Assembly (NCBI GenBank): GCA_022821735.1
Contig: JAJECZ010000212.1
Location: forward strand, 1 to 43,802
Length of the DNA: 43,802 nucleotides
Direction of reading: 5' to 3'
From: Alphaproteobacteria bacterium
GTDB taxonomy: Bacteria; Pseudomonadota; Alphaproteobacteria; Bin95
Every line of letters begins with the position of its first letter. The stretch's first letter is position 1. Made by a program: the position numbers and the translations under genes. Below the pieces are notes generated by a model that saw nothing but the letters and a program-made list of their open reading frames with translations, ran no database searches and had not been told where the DNA came from. This document shows, piece by piece, positions 18,824 to 26,077 of the stretch.

Positions 18824-19741
18824 ATGATGGACCGGATAACGGGAAAGCTCCGCAACCTTGGGGTTGTGGGCGTGACGGCAATGGCATTCCTCGCAGCGTT
18901 GATGCCGACGGAAGCTTTCGCGGCATGCACCGGCCAGTCCTATAGCCAAAGCTATTGTCTCGAGGGCCGGCGCAGCAATCCCAGCATCTTCCAGGATGCC
19001 TACTGGCGCGCGAAGAACATCTGCCGGGGCAACATGAAGGTCGAGATCAGCTTCTACGACAGAAGTTCCGGCGGCAGCCAGGGTTCCAAGGAATTCACCC
19101 TCGCCTACAACGAACAGAGGAGCGACCACACCGAGTCCGGCGTGGCCCATGTCCGATGCTGCGACAGCGGCACCGCCTCGCTGAGCATCGACGGCCGGAG
19201 CGTCAAGCTGTGCGACGTGACCGGGGACGAGTACTCAGACTGGCAGCAGGCAAACCCGGTCATCACCACCGAGGAATGCGCGGCAGAATGGGCGCTCAGC
19301 GACGCCTCGGAGCATTGCGGAGACCCGGATATCGAGGTCGTCGTCGAGAGCGGCGGCAGCAACCGTTGCCAAATCTCAGCGACCTGTACGCCGAACGGCC
19401 TCAGCTACAGCTTCACCAAAGGCGTCAGGTCGGCTCTGGACAATGTCTCGGACCTTTATATCTGCAAGGAAGGGTTCAGCCATTCCGAGTGCGATTACAC
19501 CTGCGACGACCACTATTGCAGCAACGCCGACTGCATCGCGGAGTTCAACGAGAGCCCGGCTGCCGACAGCTGCCATAACCTGAGCACCTCGTTCACCGGG
19601 CCGGACAAATGCGACCTCACGGCGGACTGTCCGACACCGAACAACTGGTTCTACCACCTCACCCTCGACGATATCGATGTGGAGAACGTGGACAGGGTCT
19701 GCAATTACTACGGCACGCGCCTGAAGGTCGGAGGGTGCTGA
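18824..19741 (+). CDS. Cysteine-rich secreted or lipo-protein, long paralog (305 aa, 20 Cys)
   Basis: RBS aggtgaggag; signal peptide ending AFAAC; ends in ...LKVGGC. It shares the N-terminal pattern AAC-x10-12-CLE...NIC...(V/I)R.CC and a duplicated C-terminal C-x5-C-x22-25-C module with the 194-aa paralogs. GC content is lower than in its neighbours. Confidence 0.75.
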   Translation: MMDRITGKLRNLGVVGVTAMAFLAALMPTEAFAACTGQSYSQSYCLEGRRSNPSIFQDAYWRAKNICRGNMKVEISFYDRSSGGSQGSKEFTLAYNEQRSDHTESGVAHVRCCDSGTASLSIDGRSVKLCDVTGDEYSDWQQANPVITTEECAAEWALSDASEHCGDPDIEVVVESGGSNRCQISATCTPNGLSYSFTKGVRSALDNVSDLYICKEGFSHSECDYTCDDHYCSNADCIAEFNESPAADSCHNLSTSFTGPDKCDLTADCPTPNNWFYHLTLDDIDVENVDRVCNYYGTRLKVGGC

Positions 19742-19753
19742 CGGCAAGGAGAC

Positions 19754-21157
19754 ATGGTGCGAACCGCCTGTCTTTGCCTGATCCCGTTCCTATGCGCCGT
19801 CTGGTCGATATCGTACGCGCGTGCAGAGGAACCCGACAGGCCGGAGCGCCGTCCGGTCCCTCTCAGGCTTGAAGACGCAGTCGGGCTGGCACTCGCTGAC
19901 AGTCGCGCCGCCATCGCCGCCCGACTGGGGCGACAGGAGCAAAAGCTCTCGCTGGAGAGGGCCGAGGAACGCTACGACCCCTCGGCCAGCCTGCGCCTGG
20001 GCACGACCGCGCAGAGCCGTGGGGACGAGACAGCATATGTCGCCCTCGGACCGAGCCTGCGGATCCGGACCGGCGGCACTTTCGCACTCGCCTTGCGCAA
20101 GCCGCTGGCCGGAGAGCGCGACCGGGAGACGAGCACGACACTCACCTTTCAACAGCCGTTATTGAAGGGGTTTGGGGCCGATCTGGACACCGGGCCGCTG
20201 CGCCGCGCGCGTCTCGATGAACGCATCGCCGCACGCGCCTTCCGGGATGCGGCATCCGCCATCGTCGACTCGGTGGTCTCTGCCTACCGCGGAGTGCTGA
20301 GGGCGGAACGGAGACTCGTCATCGCGCGCGAGGCGCTGGAACGCGCACAGCGGCAGCTCGGGATCAACCGGACGCTGGTGGAAGGGGGCCGGATGGCGCC
20401 GCAGGACCTGGTGCAGACCGAGGCCGACATCGCCAACAAGGAATATGCCCTGATCGATGCGAAGAACCGTCTGGAAACCGCCACGTCCACCCTTGTCGAC
20501 ACGCTCGATCTCGAAGAGGGCGTGCGCATTGAGGTGCAGGACGAACCGCCTGTCGAGCCGGAGCGGCCGGACCTGGAGGAAAGCCTTGAGACGGCGTTTG
20601 CACGCCGGACGGACTGGCTCAGTGCCGAGATCGGCATGGAACTGGCGCGCATGGGGCTCAGGACAGCGGAGAACAACATGCTGCCGGACCTCACACTGAG
20701 CGCGGAGGCAGCCCATGGCAGCGGGCAAGACCGCACGGACTGGAGCGGCGGGCTGAACCTGACCGTGCCGCTCCAGAACGACGAACCGAGGCGGACGCTG
20801 ACGCGCGCGCGCAACAGCCTCCGACGGGCGGAGATGGCGATGGCCGAGACGCGGCAATCGATCCGCATCGAGGTGCTCGGGACGGTGCATGATGTGGCGG
20901 TGGCGCTGCGCCAGATCGACCTCTCCCGCCAGGCACAGGTGCTCGCAGCGCGCAAGCTCGATATCGAGCGCCGCAAATTGCAGCAGGGCCTTTCCACCGC
21001 CTTCCAGATATCCCGCTTTGAAGATGACCTTGTAGCCACGCAGAACCGAGAACTCGAAGCGGTGGCGCGTTACCGGGACTCACTGTCCAGGCTCGATCGA
21101 ACGCTTGGCACCACGCTCGACCGATGGGGTGTATCGGTAGAACAGGTGGGTCGGTGA
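19754..21157 (+). CDS. TolC-family outer-membrane efflux protein (exporter 1)
   Basis: 467 aa with a signal peptide and two OEP repeats (..LEDAVGLALADSR...; ..LQQGLSTAFQISRFEDDLVATQNRE..). It starts 12 nt after the Cys-rich gene. Confidence 0.9.
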   Translation: MVRTACLCLIPFLCAVWSISYARAEEPDRPERRPVPLRLEDAVGLALADSRAAIAARLGRQEQKLSLERAEERYDPSASLRLGTTAQSRGDETAYVALGPSLRIRTGGTFALALRKPLAGERDRETSTTLTFQQPLLKGFGADLDTGPLRRARLDERIAARAFRDAASAIVDSVVSAYRGVLRAERRLVIAREALERAQRQLGINRTLVEGGRMAPQDLVQTEADIANKEYALIDAKNRLETATSTLVDTLDLEEGVRIEVQDEPPVEPERPDLEESLETAFARRTDWLSAEIGMELARMGLRTAENNMLPDLTLSAEAAHGSGQDRTDWSGGLNLTVPLQNDEPRRTLTRARNSLRRAEMAMAETRQSIRIEVLGTVHDVAVALRQIDLSRQAQVLAARKLDIERRKLQQGLSTAFQISRFEDDLVATQNRELEAVARYRDSLSRLDRTLGTTLDRWGVSVEQVGR

Positions 21158-22899
21158 CCGACCCCGATATCCACCGGGAAGTGCTCGACAATCTCGAGGA
21201 CGGTGTACTTGTCGTCGGCATGGGCGGGAAGGTCCGGACGCTGAACCCGGCCGCCGAGCGCATACTGGGCCTGAATGCCGACGAGGTCGCGGGGAAGGGT
21301 TTCGCCGAACTCTTCGTCACGCGGGAAGGCTTCGACGATTTCACGCAGATGGTGATCGACGCCACGGCAGAGCAGTCGATCGGCCGGCGCCGCGTGATTC
21401 AGGTGGACGGGGGCAACGAAACCCGGGCGCTCTCCATCGTCACCTCGTACCTCCGGCGCAAGAGGGCTTCGGAACCGATGGCGGTGATCGCGGTATTCAG
21501 CGATATCACCGAACTTCGCGATTTGCGGGAAACGGAGCTCAGGCTGGCCCGCGAAGCGGAGACCCAGCATCGCAGCCTTCAGGATGCATACCTTGAGATC
21601 GAGGACCGCAATGCCGCTCTGGCGCAGGCGCTGCGCAAGGTACGTCTGGTGCAGGGTCTGGGCGCGGTGCTCGCCGTTGCCCTGTTTCTCGGAGCCGGTT
21701 TCTGGACTTCGCGTTCGCTGGACCTTTTCGAGGGAGAGGGGATCGAGGCGTCCGCGGCCTCCGACGGCGCTGAACGCCGACTGACCGTGAAGCCGCGTCC
21801 CGTCTCCGACAGCATCACATTGAGAGGAACGCTGAAGCCGTGGCGGATCATACCGGTGCGCAGTCCCGTCGATGGCACCGTCGAGTCCGCCTACTACCGG
21901 ATCGGACAGAAGGTTGTGGAAGGCGAAACACTGCTGAAACTGGATATCAGCCGCGCCAGGCTCGACCATAGCTCGGCCAGCCGCCGCCATGCCGAGGCGC
22001 TCAAGAGGCTGAGGGACCTGGAGGACTGGGAGAACAGTCCGACGATGACCAAGGCCCGGCGGAACTTCATCAGGGCGCGGCTCGACCTGGAAAGCCTGCG
22101 CACGAAGATCAACAGGAGCCGGTTCCTGTTCGAAGAAGGGCTGATTCCGGTATCCGAGCACGAGGATGCGGAGCGGGAGTTCAAGGGACAGGAACTGGAT
22201 TTCGCAGCTGCCGAGGAAGAACTGGAAGCCACGCGTTTGGAAGGCAACGAGGAACGGTTGAATGACGCGCGGCTTGGCCTTGAAGCAGCGCGTATGGAGT
22301 TGCGGGCTACCGAAGCGGCACTCAAGTACGACGAGGTGCACGCCCCGGTATCGGGTGTCGTGCTGGCGCCGCAGCGCGCGGGCCAGGAGATGGTTCCCGG
22401 CAGATCGCTGAAGGCCGGAGGGCAAGTCCTGGAAATCGGCGACTTCTCGCGCATGGCCGTCACGACACAGGTGGACGAGGCGGATGTCGCCAAGCTCCGG
22501 GTGGGCCAGAAAGTCACCGTCAGGGGCAACGCCTTTCATGGGCTCGCGCTCAAGGGAAAGGTCACGCATGTCTCCTCGCAAGCGGACCCCAAGTCGCGCA
22601 GCATCCCGAAGTTCGACGCAAGGGTCACGCTCGATGCGGTGGATCCGGACGAGGCGGCGCAACTCCGCACCGGCATGTCGGCCCGGCTTACGATCGTCAC
22701 CTATGAGAACCCGACGGCCATGCTGGTGCCGATCGACGCGGTGCGCAGCCGGGGCGGCGAGCACCGTCTGCTGGTCATCGATCCCGAGACCGGCGAGGCT
22801 GAGGTCCGCGAGGTCGAGATCGGCCCGACGACACGGACCTCCGTCGAGATCCGGGCCGGCCTCAGGGCGGGCGAAACCATCCTGCTGCCGGGACGATGA
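21154..22899 (+). CDS. Membrane-fusion (HlyD/MacA-type periplasmic adaptor) protein with an N-terminal cytoplasmic PAS domain (exporter 1)
   Basis: The GTG at 21154 overlaps the OMF stop (GTGA). The PAS-like region is LDNLEDGVLVVGMGGKVRTLNPAAERILGL...IAVFSDITELRDLRETELRL. It is followed by a coiled coil, a TM segment (GLGAVLAVALFLGAGFW), then lipoyl/coiled-coil/beta-barrel adaptor motifs (..VRSPVDGTV..; ..VHAPVSGVV..; ..MLVPIDAV..). Confidence 0.85.
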   Translation: MTDPDIHREVLDNLEDGVLVVGMGGKVRTLNPAAERILGLNADEVAGKGFAELFVTREGFDDFTQMVIDATAEQSIGRRRVIQVDGGNETRALSIVTSYLRRKRASEPMAVIAVFSDITELRDLRETELRLAREAETQHRSLQDAYLEIEDRNAALAQALRKVRLVQGLGAVLAVALFLGAGFWTSRSLDLFEGEGIEASAASDGAERRLTVKPRPVSDSITLRGTLKPWRIIPVRSPVDGTVESAYYRIGQKVVEGETLLKLDISRARLDHSSASRRHAEALKRLRDLEDWENSPTMTKARRNFIRARLDLESLRTKINRSRFLFEEGLIPVSEHEDAEREFKGQELDFAAAEEELEATRLEGNEERLNDARLGLEAARMELRATEAALKYDEVHAPVSGVVLAPQRAGQEMVPGRSLKAGGQVLEIGDFSRMAVTTQVDEADVAKLRVGQKVTVRGNAFHGLALKGKVTHVSSQADPKSRSIPKFDARVTLDAVDPDEAAQLRTGMSARLTIVTYENPTAMLVPIDAVRSRGGEHRLLVIDPETGEAEVREVEIGPTTRTSVEIRAGLRAGETILLPGR

Positions 22900-22912
22900 G
22901 TGGAGGGCCGCC

Positions 22913-23272
22913 ATGGGAAAACTCAATTTCGCCAACCAGCCCGTCTGGACCGGCGACAATCTCGCCATCATGCCGGGCATTCATTCGGATTTGGGCGATC
23001 TCAGCTACCTCGACGCTCCGCTCAACTCAAAAACTGACCATGCCGCGCCGATCGGCAGCAAGGCGGCCGGGGCCGCGAGCAGGGACACATGGTCGCCGGG
23101 CACCCTCGATGCCCTTCAGCGCCTGGAGGCCGATCATATCATCGCACGGGCGAAGGGCGGGACCGACCATGTCGGCAACCTCCAGCTCCTCGGCGGACAC
23201 CGCAACCGCGTGAAGGGAGACCGGGGCATGGTAGAGCTGCGCCCGAAACTCCGACTGCCAAGAGCGTCCTGA
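22913..23272 (+). pseudogene. Collapsed DNA-methyltransferase/HNH remnant inserted inside the exporter-1 operon
   Basis: The N-terminus resembles N6/N4 methylases (..VWTGDNLAIMPGI.SDLGDLSYLDAPLNS), but DPPF/Y has degraded to DAPL. The C-terminus resembles an HNH module (EADHIIARAKGGTDHVGNLQLLGGHRNRVKGDRG), but the CxxC cysteines are lost. Only 119 aa remain. Confidence 0.6.
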
Positions 23273-23286
23273 GCGCCAGGAAAGAG

Positions 23287-23967
23287 ATGCTGGAGCTTTC
23301 CGATGTCCGCAAGACGTTCCGGCGGGGGCCGGTCGAGGTAAAGGTCCTGAGGGGAGTCGACCTCCGCGTGGAGGCGGGCGACCTCATCTCGATCATGGGG
23401 CCGTCCGGCAGCGGCAAGTCCACGCTCATGAACATACTGGGCCTGCTGGGGCGCCAGACAAGCGGCATCTACCGGTTGAACGGCCGCGACGTCTCGACCA
23501 TGGACGACCGCGAACTCTCGGCGTTCCGCAACCGGCATATCGGTTTCGTGTTCCAGTCGTTCAATTTGCTGGGGCATCTGACGGCGCTGGAGAACGCGGC
23601 CCTGCCGCTTGTCTATCGCGGCCTCGGACGGCGGGACGTGCGCCGGCGCGCGCAAGGCATCCTGGAGAAGGTCGGCATGGGCGACCGGCTGGATCACAGG
23701 CCTGACCAGCTGTCGGGCGGCCAGAAGCAGCGGGTGGCGATTGCACGGGCGCTCGTGGGCGAGCCGGGAGTGGTACTGGCCGACGAACCGACCGGAGCGC
23801 TCGACTCCGACACGGCCGACGAGGTGATGCGGCTCCTGGTCCGGCTCAACCGGGATGAGGGTGTCGCGGTGGTCATCATCACGCACGCTCCTTCGGTATC
23901 CCGGCAATGCTGCCGGCAGACCCTGATCCGGGACGGCGCATTGCTGGAAGACGGCGACACGGCATGA
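23287..23967 (+). CDS. ABC transporter ATP-binding protein, MacB/LolD type (exporter 1)
   Basis: Walker A (GPSGSGKST), Q-loop, signature (LSGGQKQRVAIARAL) and Walker B (VLADEPTGALD). Confidence 0.95.
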   Translation: MLELSDVRKTFRRGPVEVKVLRGVDLRVEAGDLISIMGPSGSGKSTLMNILGLLGRQTSGIYRLNGRDVSTMDDRELSAFRNRHIGFVFQSFNLLGHLTALENAALPLVYRGLGRRDVRRRAQGILEKVGMGDRLDHRPDQLSGGQKQRVAIARALVGEPGVVLADEPTGALDSDTADEVMRLLVRLNRDEGVAVVIITHAPSVSRQCCRQTLIRDGALLEDGDTA

Positions 23968-25163
23968 GACACACCAGTCCCGCACTCATGGACAGCCTGC
24001 GCGAGGCCTTGCGGAGCCTCTTGCGGGCCCGGCTGCGCACCGTGCTCGGCCTCATCGGCATCGCCATCGGCATCGCTTCGGTGATCGCCATGGTCTCGAT
24101 AGGCGAGGTCGCCACCGCCGAGGCCCGCAAACAATTCGAGGCCCTCGGCACCGATATCGTCACAGTCAAGACGGCGAAGGACTACAGGGGCCCCGGGATT
24201 GCCTTGGAGGCCGCGCTGTCGCTGACGGACTCGCTGTCCGCCATCTCCGCGGCATCGCCGACCATTCTTGGCGGAACCAACTTCGTTCATGCCGGCCGGC
24301 GCGTGGGCACCGGCTCCGTCAAGGGGGTCAGAGCGTCCTATGCGGACCTCGTGAAGCTCGAAATCGCGGAGGGGCGGTTCGTGTCGGACCTCGACGCCGG
24401 AAGCCTGTGGTGCGTGGTCGGCGCGAACGTTGCCGCAGCCATTCGCCGGGCCGGAACGCTCGACCCACTAAGCGCCGAGCTTGAGGTTGACGGACGCTTC
24501 TACCGGGTCGCCGGCGTGCTGCGAAACCGTGAGGAAACCCATGGCCTTCCCTTCGAAGTGGACGCAGACAAATCCGTGTTCGTCCCGGCTGTCACGGCCT
24601 GGCGCGCCACGCCGAATCCGGAGGTCGGAACGATCATCGCCCGCGCCGCGCCCGGCATCCACCATGAAGATGCGGTGCGCGCGATCAAGACCTGGTTCAA
24701 TGAGCGGCAGCCGGAACTCAAGCTGGAGGTAAGAAGCGCCAAGCAGCTGATCGCACAGATGGAAAACCAGCTGGGCCTGATGGCCATGCTGTTGGGTGCG
24801 GTCGGCAGCATCAGCCTCGTCGTCGGCGGTATCGGTGTCATGAACATCATGCTGATTTCGGTCGCGGAACGTCGGCGCGAAATCGGTGTCCGCCGGGCGC
24901 TCGGCGCCAGCCGGATCGACATAAGGCGTCAATTCCTGGTCGAGTCGGTCATTCTGACGCTCGTCGGCGGCAGTTTCGGCTTTGTCATCGGCAGCGTCGC
25001 CACCTGGGGCATCTGCGAGTTCACAGACTGGGACTTCTTCGTTTCACCGCTCTCGGTGGTCGTCGGGCTCGTCATCTCGTCGGCCGTGGGTATCTTCTTC
25101 GGCATCCAGCCCGCCTACCAGGCCTCCCGTCTCGATCCCATCGTGGCATTGCAGGGAGAATGA
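23964..25163 (+). CDS. ABC transporter permease, MacB/FtsX type with a large periplasmic domain (exporter 1)
   Basis: The ATG at 23964 overlaps the ATPase stop (ATGA). It has TM1, a ~220-aa periplasmic domain, then an FtsX 3-TM bundle (..GGIGVMNIMLISVAERRREIGVRRALGA..; C-terminal ..PAYQASRLDPIVALQGE). Confidence 0.9.
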   Translation: MRHTSPALMDSLREALRSLLRARLRTVLGLIGIAIGIASVIAMVSIGEVATAEARKQFEALGTDIVTVKTAKDYRGPGIALEAALSLTDSLSAISAASPTILGGTNFVHAGRRVGTGSVKGVRASYADLVKLEIAEGRFVSDLDAGSLWCVVGANVAAAIRRAGTLDPLSAELEVDGRFYRVAGVLRNREETHGLPFEVDADKSVFVPAVTAWRATPNPEVGTIIARAAPGIHHEDAVRAIKTWFNERQPELKLEVRSAKQLIAQMENQLGLMAMLLGAVGSISLVVGGIGVMNIMLISVAERRREIGVRRALGASRIDIRRQFLVESVILTLVGGSFGFVIGSVATWGICEFTDWDFFVSPLSVVVGLVISSAVGIFFGIQPAYQASRLDPIVALQGE

Positions 25164-25726
25164 GGTTCCGCAGCCCCGGCACGACAGCCGGAGCGGACTG
25201 AAGTCCACTCAGGCCCCCGACCCGCCCGGGGCCGCCCAAGCTCATGAACCCGCCCCGGCGCGATGCGCAGTTTGGAGACAAAGGATCGGGTGGAGCTCAG
25301 CCTGTCGGCCAGACCCTGCCCGCTTCCTACTGGGCGAGGCAGCGGGGCCTGTCGCGGTTACAGGAGTCCGGAGCACGCCGAGAATCTCCTCAGCGATGTC
25401 TCCAACGCGCACAATGTCAGGCCGGTACGCGTTCACGCCTGCGGACAGCGGCAATTCAAGATGCGTGAATTCCGAAGGAGACCGGACGGCCCCCTTGCAG
25501 AGCGGGTACCCGTCCCGGGCGGCGGGGCGAATCCGGCTTCCAACCCGGCCCGCGATGGCCCGCCGCGACCCGGCGTCCCGGGTGTCGGACCGCGCGGCGC
25601 GGACTTCGGGCGATTCCATGGCTACCGCCCCTGGAAAACCGCCGCGCCCGAGCAACGCACGCGCAGAACGGCAGCGAAACGGTGCCGCCAGCCGGTCCGT
25701 GTCGCCCCCACCCGTTTTGAAAGAAT

Positions 25727-25751
25727 CCAAAAAGGCAGCATCAATGCTGCC
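25727..25751 (-). terminator. Rho-independent terminator (reverse strand), downstream of the 1230-aa gene
   Basis: ggcagcat-ca/tg-atgctgcc hairpin (25734-25751), followed on the reverse strand by TTTTT (25727-25733). Confidence 0.5.
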
Positions 25752-25826
25752 ATCACAATGCACGGTGCGCGCGCCCTACCGCATTCCCGCTATTGCGCAC
25801 GAGTTGTTGACGGAGCAAGAGAGTCC

Positions 25827-25854
25827 TTGCGCCCCCCAATTGGGGTAGGCGGGG
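25827..25854 (+). repeat. IS-end-like repeat copy
   Basis: ttgcgccccccaattggggtaggcgggg. It starts with TG, and the transposase fragment lies on its inner (right) side. Confidence 0.55.
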
Positions 25855-25886
25855 AACTTTTTTTGAGGTTCAAGCGGGCCTGATGC

Positions 25887-26028
25887 GTCCGGGATGTCGA
25901 AACGCCAGCCCCCTTCCGGCAGCGCGGCCGTCATGGGTGTGGCGATGCACAAGGTCACGGGACCAGACATGGTCCGCCCGCTCGGCGCGCCGCGCAATGC
26001 GGGAGCCGTCGTTCAGCTTCAGGCGGTC
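25887..26028 (-). pseudogene. IS3-family transposase fragment (start of the integrase core)
   Basis: The reverse translation DRLKLNDGSRIARRAERADHVWSRDLVHRHTHDGRAAG resembles the ..LNDGSCIRLRPE.PNHVWSYDFV.DRT.DGR.. segment of IS3-family OrfB proteins. It has no start or stop context. Confidence 0.45.
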
Positions 26029-26077
26029 CCATGAGTTGTTTGCCGGGCCCCGTCAGCCCCTCGCGCCGCCGCAGGAC

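Noticed and set aside
21070-22980. 636-aa reverse ORF antisense to the PAS-adaptor gene. Analogous forward ORFs at 35826-37733 (635 aa) and 38144-40615 (823 aa) lie antisense to the HTTM, permease, ATPase and adaptor 2 genes.
   Set aside because: These are shadow frames of strongly supported genes, with low-complexity Arg/Gly/Pro/His-rich translations.
25242-25763. 173-aa reverse ORF between the exporter-1 permease and the IS debris.
   Set aside because: It has mixed codon bias, no RBS, no recognisable motifs, and it runs through a terminator hairpin (25734-25751). This is probably non-coding or decayed sequence.
25827-25870. Possible forward-strand terminator formed by ccccccaattgggg followed by a T7 run.
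   Set aside because: The T-run is about 12 nt from the hairpin and the stem is the IS-end-like repeat itself. There is no forward gene ending nearby apart from the permease 660 nt upstream.
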